From assembly GCA_963667015.2 (NCBI GenBank), contig CAXXJJ010000004.1, positions 2,528,001-2,592,000 of the forward strand: a stretch of DNA of 64,000 nt, in the 5' to 3' direction. Of the stretch, positions 19,017 through 29,214 are shown piece after piece. The translations under genes were made by a program, and so were the position numbers. The notes below the pieces were generated by a model, which saw nothing but the letters and a program-made list of their open reading frames with translations, had not been told where the DNA came from and searched no databases. Source of the DNA: Desulfatiglandales bacterium. Its GTDB lineage: Bacteria; Desulfobacterota; DSM-4660; Desulfatiglandales; HGW-15. Numbering within the stretch: the first letter of the stretch is position 1; every line of letters begins with the position of its first letter.

Positions 19017-19757
19017 ATGGACACTGTAAAATTTTCAATAAAAAACTACTGGAACTGGAGGAGCAACAGCTTCGGCCATGACTCTGATAAATCTGCTGCC
19101 ATTGCAGATAGATGGGAGTCTATCATAAAAGAGCTGGCTTCACAGGCCCCGGGCCTGCGTGCCCTGGATATCGGAACAGGAACAGGACAACTCGCAGTAT
19201 ACCTCGCCTGTTCCGGTTTTAATGTTACGGGCATTGATCTTGCGGATAAAATGATCTCAAGTGCAAAAAAATACGCTGAAAGCCAGATGCTCGATATTGA
19301 TTTTCATATGGGTGATGCAGAAGAACTTAAGTTCGAAGACAACAGTTTTGATATAGTAGTCTCCCGCAACCTGCTCTGGACACTACCTCACCCTGATAAG
19401 GCACTGAAAGAGTGGCGAAGGGTGTTAAAGCCCGATGGAAAATTGATTGTATGTGACGGCTTCTGGCTGAATACAACATGGAAACGCATTCATCATCTGG
19501 CCTATAAGATACTTAAAGGAATATTTAAAAACAGGAACCTGGTTTCTCTTCGTTTCTTTCTGAGCTATGCGGGTGCTCAGAGATCACTTCCATTATATGA
19601 GGGCATAAGCTTTGAGAAAATCAGTTCTCTTCTCAATGCTGCCTGCTTCAGACAGATACAATCCTATGACACATGCTGCCTTGACTTTTATCCCTATGGA
19701 AAGATAAGATGCGATGGAAATGAACCTTCATTCTTTATTGCCCATGCGAAAAAATAA
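19017..19757 (+). CDS. Class I SAM-dependent methyltransferase
   Basis: ALDIGTGTG, GDAEEL.FEDNSFD, RVLKPDG. Confidence 0.92.
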   Translation: MDTVKFSIKNYWNWRSNSFGHDSDKSAAIADRWESIIKELASQAPGLRALDIGTGTGQLAVYLACSGFNVTGIDLADKMISSAKKYAESQMLDIDFHMGDAEELKFEDNSFDIVVSRNLLWTLPHPDKALKEWRRVLKPDGKLIVCDGFWLNTTWKRIHHLAYKILKGIFKNRNLVSLRFFLSYAGAQRSLPLYEGISFEKISSLLNAACFRQIQSYDTCCLDFYPYGKIRCDGNEPSFFIAHAKK

Positions 19758-21300
19758 CCGTTCCGGATATTCCATTATACTGCTTATTCTCCTTTTAGCG
19801 GCATCAGCATCTCCCGGTATTTACGCTGAACGATCCGACGAACTCATCATTGCAAAACCCTTTGGCCCATCCATAAAAGGCCCTGACCCGGCCCTGGGCT
19901 CCAACGGCTGGTATACAGGCGAGGCAGGTGTAACAGAAACCCTGTTTATGCTTGATCTTGAAATGAACCTGAAACCCTGGCTTGCGGAGGAATATAAAAA
20001 TATCAGCCCTTTAATATGGGAGATTAAACTAAAAGAAGGGATGCTGTTTCATGACAAAACACCTGTAAACGCTGCTGCGGTTAAATGGTGTCTTGAAAGG
20101 ATCATAGATAAAGAGAGCAGCACTTTCAATATCCGCACACAGCAAATGCTGGATATCAAGACTATTACGATCAAAGACAGCAGGACACTGATATTTGAAA
20201 CCAGTAAGCCAAATGCCGCTTTTTTGTATTATTTGACATCACCAGGCACTGCAATTATAAGCCCCGGGAGCGGCAGGAAAAATATATATGCTACCGGCCC
20301 TTTTCTGCTTGAAGAAGTGATCCCAAAGGAGAAAATGAATGTTTCACGCTTTGATGACTACTGGGGCAGCAGGGCAAAACTTTCAAAAGTACAACTGAAT
20401 ATCATAAGCAATCCAGCCACCCGAATGCTGGCCTTTGAGGCCGGTCAACTGGACATTGCAACAAACTTTCCTGAAAATGATGTTAAACGACTCTCATCCC
20501 GCAAAGATATTCAAATTTACAGTAAGCCCACCAATCGGCTTTGCTTCCTCTTTGCCAGGGTAGCGGATGGTCCTTTAAAGGACCTGAAGGTACGCATGGC
20601 CCTTAACTATGCCATCAACAGGCAGGAGCTTATTGACACGGTACTGGCAGGTGTGGGGGGGCAGATCGGGGCATCGATTTTTCCGGAAATCCTCCCATGG
20701 TGTAACCGGGATTTGCATCCCTACCCCTATGATCCGGATATGGCAAAATCACTCCTGACGGAAGCGGGAGCTTTGGACAGCAATAAAGACGGGATTCTGG
20801 AAATAGAAGGAAAACCCCTTGTCCTGAACATGTGGACTTATGAAGGCCGTGCATCCTTAAAACCTATCCTTGAGCTGATACAGGCACAGTTAAACAGGGT
20901 GGGGATACAGACAAACCTGAAGGTGACCAAAACAGGCTCGCCAATTAATCAGGCAATGAAGAGAGGAAATGTTAATCTAAATCTACAGATGTGGAACAGC
21001 GCACCGGAAGGTGATCCTGATTATTTTATATCCAACGTATTCAAGAGCGGTGCAGGATCTAACTTTATGGAATTCAGAAATCAGGAACTGGATGAATTGA
21101 CTGAAAAAGGAAAAATTACTTTTGATCCTGCGGAACGTAAAATCATTTATAACCGGATACAGGAAATAATTTATAATGAAAGTCCAGTGATTGTGCTATT
21201 CAATAAAACCATGATATCAGCAGTTTATAATCATGTGGGAGGCTTCCGCATTCATCCTGCTGAAAAATATCTTTTAACACCAGACCTGTATCGTAAATAA
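19744..21300 (+). CDS. ABC transporter substrate-binding protein, family 5 (NikA/CntA/DppA-like)
   Basis: Signal peptide; ETLF, PWLAE, FHDKTPV, ATGPF, VRMALNYAINR. Confidence 0.9.
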   Translation: MRKNNRSGYSIILLILLLAASASPGIYAERSDELIIAKPFGPSIKGPDPALGSNGWYTGEAGVTETLFMLDLEMNLKPWLAEEYKNISPLIWEIKLKEGMLFHDKTPVNAAAVKWCLERIIDKESSTFNIRTQQMLDIKTITIKDSRTLIFETSKPNAAFLYYLTSPGTAIISPGSGRKNIYATGPFLLEEVIPKEKMNVSRFDDYWGSRAKLSKVQLNIISNPATRMLAFEAGQLDIATNFPENDVKRLSSRKDIQIYSKPTNRLCFLFARVADGPLKDLKVRMALNYAINRQELIDTVLAGVGGQIGASIFPEILPWCNRDLHPYPYDPDMAKSLLTEAGALDSNKDGILEIEGKPLVLNMWTYEGRASLKPILELIQAQLNRVGIQTNLKVTKTGSPINQAMKRGNVNLNLQMWNSAPEGDPDYFISNVFKSGAGSNFMEFRNQELDELTEKGKITFDPAERKIIYNRIQEIIYNESPVIVLFNKTMISAVYNHVGGFRIHPAEKYLLTPDLYRK

Positions 21301-21317
21301 ACTCAGGGCAGAAAGAA

Positions 21318-23135
21318 ATGCATCAGGGCGCTGCAACATTAAAACCGATTCTTAATGTTAAGGATCTTGTCGTTGATTTTCCGGGTAAGAAATACGATTC
21401 AAGGATCATCTCCGGACTGAATCTTTTCCTTAACAGGGGTGAAACCCTTGGCATTGTCGGTCAATCAGGTAGCGGTAAAAGCGTTTTTGCAAGAACACTT
21501 GTCAGGCTGGAATCCCCTGGGAAAATAATCTCCGGATCTATTATCCTTGACGACCATGAGCTTGCCAATGGAGACAGGCATAAGATAAACGGATTCAGAG
21601 GGCGGAAGATATCCCTTGTGCTGCAGGATCCCGGAAGCTCAATGGATCCGGTATTTACAATGGGTCGGCAATTCAGAGAACTTCTCTCCATTCATTCCAA
21701 CTCTGATGAAATTCCCAAAAACGGGGCAGCACAGAATAAAAAGATATTTGAGCTTCTTCAGGACGTAAGTATTGCATCGCCTGAAGAACGATGCAGGCAG
21801 TATCCCCATCAATGGAGCAGGGGAATGCTACAGCGGGCGCAGCTGCAGATGGCCTTTTCCACCAGGCCGGAAGTGGTAATAATGGATGAAATAACATCGG
21901 CCCTTGATCCCACTATCACGATGCAGGTACTCAGGCTGGTATCTGACTATAAAAAACAACAGGGAACCTCGATTATCTTCATTACCCATGACCTCTCGGT
22001 TGCAATGGAGATCTGCGACAGAATCGCGGTCATGCAAAAAGGCAGGATCGTTGAGACAGGCAAGGCGAGTGAGATAATTGATAATCCATCTCATCCATAT
22101 ACCAGGCAGCTTATATCGGGCATATTCCCCAAAACCGGTAGAGTTTTTGTAAACTCTAAAGATACCCTGCTCAGTACGAAAAATCTCTCTGTAAAATTTT
22201 CTTTTGGCTCGGGAAATTTTCTGTCCAGACGTTCATTTTATGCAGTAAAAAATGTCAATCTTGATATCGGACGAAAGGAGATATTTTGCCTGATCGGAGA
22301 AAGCGGTTCAGGAAAAACAACCCTGATGAACGGGATACTGGGATTCTGTCCCTACCAGGAGGGTGAAATTATCTTTGATAAACAAACCGCAGGATGCCCC
22401 GGGGATACAATTCATCAAAGACTTAAAAAGCAATCCCAGGTAGTCTTCCAGAATCCTATTTCTTCTTTGAATCCTTATCTTTCTCTAAAACAATCCATCA
22501 TCGAACCTTTGCTGGCCAGAGGGATTTCCAAAAAGGAAAGCAAAAAAAAGGCATACAGGCTGGCGGCAGAAACCGGACTGCCTGATTTTATTCTTGAACA
22601 AAAGCCGGGAAAAGTATCTGTCGGGCAGAATCAAAGGGTCTGTATTGCCCGTGCCCTTTCTACCGAACCTGATATATTATTTCTTGATGAACCCTTGAGT
22701 GCACTGGATGCCGTAAACAGGAAGGATATTGCAGACCTGCTTTTCAGGTTGAAGGAAAGTCATGGACTGACATGCTTTCTCATTAGCCATGACCTGGGCC
22801 TTGTCAGAAATATCGGCACTACCGTGGCGGTTATGTACCTGGGAAGAATAGTTGAAAAGTCGCCGGTAAAAGATTTCTTTTCAGGGGCATGTCATCCATA
22901 TTCACAGGCCCTGCTAACAAATGCCCTCAGCCACGAATTCCATGAAAAAAACCGGATTATTATCAAAGGGGATATTCCTTCTCCACATAATCCGCCACCC
23001 GGTTGTGTATTTCATCCGAGATGTCCCAAAAGGCTTCCGATATGCAAAACAAAGATCCCCTCAATAAGAAAGATTAATGAACATCATGAGGTTTTTTGTC
23101 ATTTGTATCAACCAGATCCAATGGGACATTTCTAA
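21318..23135 (+). CDS. Fused dual ABC ATPase (nickel/oligopeptide type)
   Basis: Two Walker A motifs (GQSGSGKS, GESGSGKT), HPYT, GCVFHPRC. Confidence 0.92.
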   Translation: MHQGAATLKPILNVKDLVVDFPGKKYDSRIISGLNLFLNRGETLGIVGQSGSGKSVFARTLVRLESPGKIISGSIILDDHELANGDRHKINGFRGRKISLVLQDPGSSMDPVFTMGRQFRELLSIHSNSDEIPKNGAAQNKKIFELLQDVSIASPEERCRQYPHQWSRGMLQRAQLQMAFSTRPEVVIMDEITSALDPTITMQVLRLVSDYKKQQGTSIIFITHDLSVAMEICDRIAVMQKGRIVETGKASEIIDNPSHPYTRQLISGIFPKTGRVFVNSKDTLLSTKNLSVKFSFGSGNFLSRRSFYAVKNVNLDIGRKEIFCLIGESGSGKTTLMNGILGFCPYQEGEIIFDKQTAGCPGDTIHQRLKKQSQVVFQNPISSLNPYLSLKQSIIEPLLARGISKKESKKKAYRLAAETGLPDFILEQKPGKVSVGQNQRVCIARALSTEPDILFLDEPLSALDAVNRKDIADLLFRLKESHGLTCFLISHDLGLVRNIGTTVAVMYLGRIVEKSPVKDFFSGACHPYSQALLTNALSHEFHEKNRIIIKGDIPSPHNPPPGCVFHPRCPKRLPICKTKIPSIRKINEHHEVFCHLYQPDPMGHF

Positions 23136-24071
23136 ATGTTAAGATTCATAGCAAAACGCATAGTCACTGCAATCCTTGTTTTTATTGGCGTTACCTTTCT
23201 TACCTACGCCATGATGCTGTTTGCCCCCGGTGATGCCCCGATGGAAATAGCTGTTGCCAGATATGGCGGGCAGAGCATGGTTGATGAGTCAACCATTGAA
23301 TGGATAGCTCAAAAGGAAGGATTGGACGCCCCCTTCTACAAACAGTATTATCACTGGTTCAGGCATGTAATCTGTTTTGATTTAGGGGTATCACTCGTTG
23401 AGGAGGTGCCGGTATGGGAGATTATCAGTTCCCGATTCAGTCGAACTCTTGATCTTGCAGCAGCAGCTATCTGCATTGCGCTGATAATATCCGTGCCAAT
23501 CGGTATTATTTCGGGAGTCAGGCAGGGTTCGCGGCTGGATTCCCTTGGAGTGTCATTTGCAGTAACCGGTGTTTCCATACCCAATTACTGGCTGGGACTG
23601 GTTCTTATTGTTATTTTTTCAGTAAAGCTTCACTGGCTTCCAGGCTTTGGCAGAGGAGACTGGCAGCACATTATCCTTCCGGCCATAACTCTCGGAACAT
23701 GTCTTACAGCCTACACAACCAGGATTCTTCGTTCCGCAGTCATAGATATATTGCACTCTCAGTACCTCCTTGCCCTCCGTGCCAGGGGCATTAACAGCAG
23801 GCTGGCGCTTGGATCTCATATTTTAAAGAATGCCATGATACCAGTGATCACCGTTGTGGGGCTGGAATTCGGGATGATACTTGAGGGCGCAGTAATAACT
23901 GAAACCATTTTTGCATGGCCCGGCCTTGGAGATCTTATGGTCACGGCAGTAAGCAACAGGGATTACCCCCTTATACAGGGCATGGTGCTGTTTACTGCTA
24001 TAATTTTTGTATTCATTAACTTTATTGTTGATATTATCTATAAATGTCTTGATCCACGGATTCGATTATAA
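23136..24071 (+). CDS. ABC permease (NikB/DppB-like)
   Basis: PGDA, DLG.SL, ETIFAWPGLG, RDYPLIQG. Confidence 0.93.
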   Translation: MLRFIAKRIVTAILVFIGVTFLTYAMMLFAPGDAPMEIAVARYGGQSMVDESTIEWIAQKEGLDAPFYKQYYHWFRHVICFDLGVSLVEEVPVWEIISSRFSRTLDLAAAAICIALIISVPIGIISGVRQGSRLDSLGVSFAVTGVSIPNYWLGLVLIVIFSVKLHWLPGFGRGDWQHIILPAITLGTCLTAYTTRILRSAVIDILHSQYLLALRARGINSRLALGSHILKNAMIPVITVVGLEFGMILEGAVITETIFAWPGLGDLMVTAVSNRDYPLIQGMVLFTAIIFVFINFIVDIIYKCLDPRIRL

Positions 24072-24940
24072 TGAGTACTGATAATTATATCCCCGGCCAG
24101 ACTGCTGACAGGAAAATATCTGCATATTCCCTTTTTAAAAACCCTGTACTGTCCGTTGCTGCGATTATAGTGATACTGGTCTTTTTTATCGCAGTCTTTG
24201 GTCCTGTGCTTTCTCCCCATAATCCCCTTAAGACGGATATGACCTTAAGGCTGGCAGCCCCTTCCCTTGAATACCCCTTTGGTAATGATACCCTGGGGAG
24301 ATGTGTTTTTTCACGCATTTTAACAGGTACCCGAATGTCAATAGGGCTCGGGATATCCATTGTTGCAATTTCATGCATTCTGGGAGTACTGGTAGGACTT
24401 ATCGCCGGTTATCATGGTGGATTTGCAGATGAATTTCTAATGAGAATTGCGGACATGTTTCTTTCTCTTCCTGAAATTGTAGCAGCCATGACTATTGCAG
24501 GTATTTTAGGACCGGGCACTTTAAACCTTATTTTTGCCTTTTCAATAACTGGCTGGATGCGTTATGCAAGGCTAGTGAGGGGGATAACCCTGTCCGTCAG
24601 GGAACAGGACTATGTGAAATCAGCACAGCATTCAGGGGTTTCAAAGGCCACCATTATTTTTCGCCATATACTTCCCGCAAATATCGGATCAATCATTGTT
24701 ATCGCTACAATCGGTATGGCAAAGGCCGTTATCTCGGTATCGGCCCTTGGTTTTTTAGGATTCGGTGTCCAGCCGCCCAACCCGGAATGGGGCACTTTGC
24801 TTATGGAAGGGAAAGACTACATCATGAGCGCACCGCATCTTTCAATATATCCCGGAATAGCTATTATGCTTTCCGCCCTGGCTTTTAATCTCATCGGGGA
24901 TAAATTGAGGGATTTATGGGATTTGAAACAACAGGGATAA
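24071..24940 (+). CDS. ABC permease (NikC/DppC-like)
   Basis: PFGNDTLGRC, LGFLGFGVQPPNPEWG. Confidence 0.93.
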   Translation: MSTDNYIPGQTADRKISAYSLFKNPVLSVAAIIVILVFFIAVFGPVLSPHNPLKTDMTLRLAAPSLEYPFGNDTLGRCVFSRILTGTRMSIGLGISIVAISCILGVLVGLIAGYHGGFADEFLMRIADMFLSLPEIVAAMTIAGILGPGTLNLIFAFSITGWMRYARLVRGITLSVREQDYVKSAQHSGVSKATIIFRHILPANIGSIIVIATIGMAKAVISVSALGFLGFGVQPPNPEWGTLLMEGKDYIMSAPHLSIYPGIAIMLSALAFNLIGDKLRDLWDLKQQG

Positions 24941-24991
24941 TCATGTTTTTTAAATACCCCGCCCTCACAGGCGAGGCATCTGATTATATTA

Positions 24992-25840
24992 CTATATTGT
25001 CTTGAGTTTAATAGCTTCCTTGTTTTTGCGTATAAACTTAAACTCTCTTATCCTGTTCGGATGAATAATAAGGATAAAAATCCCTCCTACAATATTCCCT
25101 AGGGTAACAGGGACAATATTACAAAAACTTACTCCGAGCTCGGAAAAGGAAGCCCCTCCGGCCAGAAGTCCCAGGGGAATAAGATACATATTGGCAACAC
25201 AGTGTTCATAACCTGAAGCAACAAAGGCCATGATAGGAAGAATACAGCAGAATACTTTTGAAATTATATCCTTTGACATGGTTGCCATCAAAACGGCAAG
25301 CACTACCAGGATATTACATAAAATCCCCCTTAAAAACGCCTCACAAAAGGGTAAGGCTATTTTTGCATCTGCTACCTTCTGTGCAAGGGTACCCAGGTCG
25401 TTTAATTTGTCCGGCATTCCCAGCAGGCCGCTTTCCCATACAATAATTACAAGAAGGATTGATCCGATAAAATTACCTATGTAGACTGTAATCCAGTTTT
25501 TAATTATTTTAGGGACAGAGTAAAGGGATATTACTGTATTAACAAACATAATAATATTACCTGTAAACAATTCCGCCCCGGCGATAACAACAAGTACCAG
25601 GCCGACACTGAAAACAGCGCCTCCAACAATCTTCCCCATTCCCTGCTGCAGGGCAACCAGGAAGACATGTCCTCCAAAGCCTATATATAATCCTGCAAGT
25701 ATTCCGAGCAATAACAACTGCCACACCTTTGTGTTGGCCTTTTTTATACCCAATGCCATCACTCTCTGGTTTAATTCATTAACCGACAATGCCGGTTCAT
25801 ATTGCATTCCGTTATTTTCTGCCACTATGATTCTCCTCAA
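24992..25840 (-). CDS. Formate/nitrite transporter (FNT) family
   Basis: GILAGLYIGFG, AGAELFTGN, GILCNILV, FVASGYEHCVANM, TLGNIVGG. Confidence 0.95.
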   Translation of the reverse strand: MRRIIVAENNGMQYEPALSVNELNQRVMALGIKKANTKVWQLLLLGILAGLYIGFGGHVFLVALQQGMGKIVGGAVFSVGLVLVVIAGAELFTGNIIMFVNTVISLYSVPKIIKNWITVYIGNFIGSILLVIIVWESGLLGMPDKLNDLGTLAQKVADAKIALPFCEAFLRGILCNILVVLAVLMATMSKDIISKVFCCILPIMAFVASGYEHCVANMYLIPLGLLAGGASFSELGVSFCNIVPVTLGNIVGGIFILIIHPNRIREFKFIRKNKEAIKLKTI

Positions 25841-26133
25841 TATAAAAATAATACCTTTAAAAAATACACATAAACAGGAGAGATCTCCTTTCAGAAATCT
25901 CTCTCAACACTAGCCTAATTTTAATATGGTGTTTTGCTGCACCTCAGTAAACTCATGAGGGTAGCTATAACGGAAGGTAATCAGTTGGAGTATCATCCTG
26001 AAGTATTATTTGATATGTACTTCACCCCATATGGCATAAATTCCAGCCTGCCTACACTGTCCCTTAAATATCTACTTAAATATGGACCAATCCTTCTTAG
26101 GATTATTCCCTTTTTTTTACGCTGCTTTCTTCA

Positions 26134-26703
26134 CTATACGGAGCGTCGCGTTTCATCGATAATCTTCCGCATCCATTCGGGGATTTGGACATCCTTTCTG
26201 GGATAGAAATCCATGACATATGGCTTGATATCAATAACAGGGGTTCTGTCAATAGCATCAAGGCCGGAAACCTGAATCACATTTTCAACTCTTTTATGCA
26301 GCTTAACAACAGTCATCAATACAGGATTTGGCCGGGCCGGGCTGCAGGTGGAAAATATTCCTCTTAAGGGATTTTCCTTCCTTCCCATTGGATGGACCCT
26401 GGTCAAAAGGCGACTGGCCTCAGGGACCCTGTGTCCCCAGTACAGAACCACAAGATGAGAATATTCTTCTATGCCATCAAGGAGTTTAAAAAAAGGTTTA
26501 CCTATAATAATCTCAGACATGGCGTTTGTGGATGCATTAACCCGTTTTTTGATTTCATCCATGGAGCCCTGCATCTTTATTCCATCATCTCCGGCCTTTA
26601 AAAACGGCTCTTTTATATTGTTACAGATAATGCCAACAACCCTCAATATCATGCTGCTCGGCATTTCTTCTGACAGATATGGTAATTTTTTAATATTTTC
26701 CAC
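26134..26703 (-). CDS. TrmO/TsaA (YaeB) family SAM-dependent methyltransferase
   Basis: LDGIEEYSHLVVLYW, GIFSTCSPARPNP, GLDAIDRTPVIDIKPY. Confidence 0.9.
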   Translation of the reverse strand: MENIKKLPYLSEEMPSSMILRVVGIICNNIKEPFLKAGDDGIKMQGSMDEIKKRVNASTNAMSEIIIGKPFFKLLDGIEEYSHLVVLYWGHRVPEASRLLTRVHPMGRKENPLRGIFSTCSPARPNPVLMTVVKLHKRVENVIQVSGLDAIDRTPVIDIKPYVMDFYPRKDVQIPEWMRKIIDETRRSV

Positions 26704-26723
26704 AATATCACTCCTGACTGTAT

Positions 26724-26924
26724 CTATTCTAACTTCTGAAGTGCCTTTTCCAGCTTTTCATTACTTTGAGTAACCAACGCTGCCATTTCCCTGATATACC
26801 CTGCACTCTCTTCTTTCCCTGCGGCTTCAAGTTCAGTTGCAAAGGTCTCATACTCCTCAACATGTGAATGGTTATGTTTAAGCCAGTGTTCAATCCTTAT
26901 TTTTGCTTTTTCATCGCTATACAT
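26724..26924 (-). CDS. Small His-rich helical protein, putative metal binding
   Basis: EHWLKHNHSHVEEY motif; AAGGAG RBS. Confidence 0.7.
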   Translation of the reverse strand: MYSDEKAKIRIEHWLKHNHSHVEEYETFATELEAAGKEESAGYIREMAALVTQSNEKLEKALQKLE

Positions 26925-26937
26925 TATTTTTCTCCTT

Positions 26938-27903
26938 TTATTGCAGGTTGTATTGTTTACACTCACTGCAGACATGATTAAAACATGAGATGCAGTAAGT
27001 TCTGTTCCGGTACTCTACAGAGCGGTTTTTTAATACCTGGTGACTGCAATGGCTGCATGTAATGTAAATACTCGGGACTTCATAGAACAGCTGTCCTTTC
27101 TCAATCTCCTCGCAGTCGAAAAGTTCATCAGTCGTCATTGAAAAAAGCTTTTCTATACGCCCATCCATTAATTTTTGAAATCGGACTGCCTCCTCCAGTG
27201 ATATGCCACTGTTTATAATCTTCTGTTCCAGGTTATCGAATTCATACTCGTCACCATACTTCTGCGGCCTTAACGAAAACATAAAGCTTGTTCCTGTCTC
27301 ATTTATTACAAGTGAATAGACATGCTTTCCAAAATCCATGACCTGCAGCCGCTGGTTTCCAAAGGTTGCGCCCAGCAGAATCTGTATGGCATCTATTGCT
27401 GATGTACAGTTCTGTGCCAGAATTGATATACTGACATTCAATCCACTCGCTTCAGAAACCAGCTGCTGGATATACTCACTGAGTTTTGCACCAATAATAA
27501 GATCAGGGCAAAGGTGCCCGTGGAAATCCACCAGTCTTTTCATAGTCATATTTAAAAGCATCTTCCGATCCTCCCTGTAAAAAGCCATTAATTCCCGGTC
27601 TTCCAGAACCCTGAAGCATAAAACCCAGTTTCCTTCGCATATCTCGAAACGCTGGCCGGAATTACGGGTATGGAAATAAATAAAGAAAACCTCACCCCTG
27701 TCCACATTCACAAGGAATCCGTTGGAGTAAAGCCCCTCCTTCTTTAAAAACTTGCCAAGCACCTCCCTGATTACATAGGTCTTTTCCCTGTAGATAAAGG
27801 AAAGAGGTGTTTGTCCGGCATTGTCAAAATCAACAGGAACCTTTGTCTGGATATACTCCACCAGATCATACTGAATGGAGCGCAGGGCTTCGGATTTTTC
27901 CAT
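26938..27903 (-). CDS. FmdE-family protein with extra N-terminal domain and C-terminal zinc finger
   Basis: FHGHLCPDL, DAIQILLGATFGN, CSHC...CISC; about 115-aa N-terminal extension. Confidence 0.85.
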   Translation of the reverse strand: MEKSEALRSIQYDLVEYIQTKVPVDFDNAGQTPLSFIYREKTYVIREVLGKFLKKEGLYSNGFLVNVDRGEVFFIYFHTRNSGQRFEICEGNWVLCFRVLEDRELMAFYREDRKMLLNMTMKRLVDFHGHLCPDLIIGAKLSEYIQQLVSEASGLNVSISILAQNCTSAIDAIQILLGATFGNQRLQVMDFGKHVYSLVINETGTSFMFSLRPQKYGDEYEFDNLEQKIINSGISLEEAVRFQKLMDGRIEKLFSMTTDELFDCEEIEKGQLFYEVPSIYITCSHCSHQVLKNRSVEYRNRTYCISCFNHVCSECKQYNLQ

Positions 27904-27930
27904 ACTGGGTTTTCCTTATATTGGTTCAAT

Positions 27931-28075
27931 AAAAAAGGCCACGACGTCGTGTGCCATACATGACACAAGGGACCTTCGTGGCCTTTAATACAGTTTATTT
28001 TTTCGTCAGATAAAGAATGGCTGTAAGAAACTATCCAGCATTCATCAAATAATATATCAACACAGCTTCTGCTGC
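27931..28075 (-). promoter_or_regulatory. Dual-hairpin attenuator leader, copy 3
   Basis: Minus strand: P1 GCAGC-AGAA-GCTGT (28075-28062); P2 GGCC-ACGAA-GGTC (27983-27971); terminator ends tcgtggcc-T6; no clear promoter. Confidence 0.85.
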
Positions 28076-28087
28076 TGAAGATAAAAG

Positions 28088-28717
28088 CTATATTTTATCT
28101 TCGTCTTTTCGGAGATAATATTCAATGAACCATTGGCTAACCCATTCTCCATCGATTTTTTGATAATTATTAATTACTTCTTTTTCCAGCAATTTACTGC
28201 CTTTTATTTCATCATCAATTTCATTTTCTTCATGATATGTATGTATGATACCATCATTTGAATCTTTAAATGTGTCCTTTTCGATTTCTATTCCTGATCC
28301 ATATCCGCAGTCTTTCTTATGTAATAAATTGAAGTAGATTATACCGCCTGGTTCTGCTACCCTCGTCATTTCATTTATACTTATAAGAATATCAGGTTTG
28401 CTCATATGGAATATCGAATTATACGAATAAACCGCGCCAAATAATTTATTGCCATATTCAATATTCCTCATGTCACCGTGTTTTATTTCCATGGTACACT
28501 TTCTCTTACAACAAAAGCGAGCCGATTTTTCTATAGATTCTTTATCAATATCTATACCGTGGGCCTGATAACCATGAGTATAAAAGATATAACAGGGAGG
28601 ATTATCGCCTCCTGCACCACAATCAAGAACTTTATTTTGGACTGCATACTTTTCCGAATAGTACAGAATCTTGTAGATTGAGACTGCTCTCGTCAAAAAT
28701 AAATTATTCACATTCAT
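28088..28717 (-). CDS. Class I SAM-dependent methyltransferase
   Basis: VLDCGAGG, GDMR, YNSIFHM, RVAEPGG. Confidence 0.9.
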   Translation of the reverse strand: MNVNNLFLTRAVSIYKILYYSEKYAVQNKVLDCGAGGDNPPCYIFYTHGYQAHGIDIDKESIEKSARFCCKRKCTMEIKHGDMRNIEYGNKLFGAVYSYNSIFHMSKPDILISINEMTRVAEPGGIIYFNLLHKKDCGYGSGIEIEKDTFKDSNDGIIHTYHEENEIDDEIKGSKLLEKEVINNYQKIDGEWVSQWFIEYYLRKDEDKI

Positions 28718-28741
28718 CCGACAGTAACCGCTTATGTTTGA

Positions 28742-28930
28742 TCAGGATTCAAATAGAATCCTGTGATCAACCAGGTTCATTTCTTTTATCCGGGCTTTTA
28801 CTTTTTTCTGTTCACCGAATATATTTTCCATAAACCAGACCCCTTCTTCTTCGGGCCTGAGGATATCCACAGATTCCATTATCAGGCTTTCCTCACCATT
28901 ATTAAGAAAATATGCACTAGCTTCACACAT
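28742..28930 (-). CDS. cooT: CooT family nickel-binding protein
   Basis: MCEA N-terminus, LIMESVD, NIFGEQK, LVDHRI; AGGAGG RBS. Confidence 0.88.
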   Translation of the reverse strand: MCEASAYFLNNGEESLIMESVDILRPEEEGVWFMENIFGEQKKVKARIKEMNLVDHRILFES

Positions 28931-28997
28931 TTTAAAAACCTCCTTTACTAATGTTACGCCTTTTCAAAATGGATAACCAAATTTAAATTTCAAAAAC

Positions 28998-29144
28998 AAA
29001 AAAGGCCGCGAAAGGATGTGATTCAACACCATCACCGACCTTCGTGGCCTTTAAAAAAGTTTCGTTTCTAAAATATTTACAGCATCTTCATGATGCTTTG
29101 ATTCAATTATCATATATTTAATTCTTTACATTCTCTATTGTCAA
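28998..29144 (-). promoter_or_regulatory. Dual-hairpin attenuator leader, copy 4
   Basis: TTGACA at 29144-29139; P1 AGCATC-ATGAA-GATGCT (29097-29081); P2 GGCC-ACGAA-GGTC (29049-29037); terminator ends ttcgcggcc-T6. Confidence 0.85.
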
Positions 29145-29214
29145 GGCAAAATACTGATGATTTTGTTCAGGAAATAAAAATTAATCTTAAAGGGACTATA
29201 TAATTTCCTGATGA

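Noticed and set aside
25934..26206. Short antisense or overlapping ORFs in the track (e.g. 25934-26206, 10685-11284, 58206-58841, 62013-62558)
   Set aside because: Shadow frames of well-supported genes, or no RBS and no recognisable motifs.
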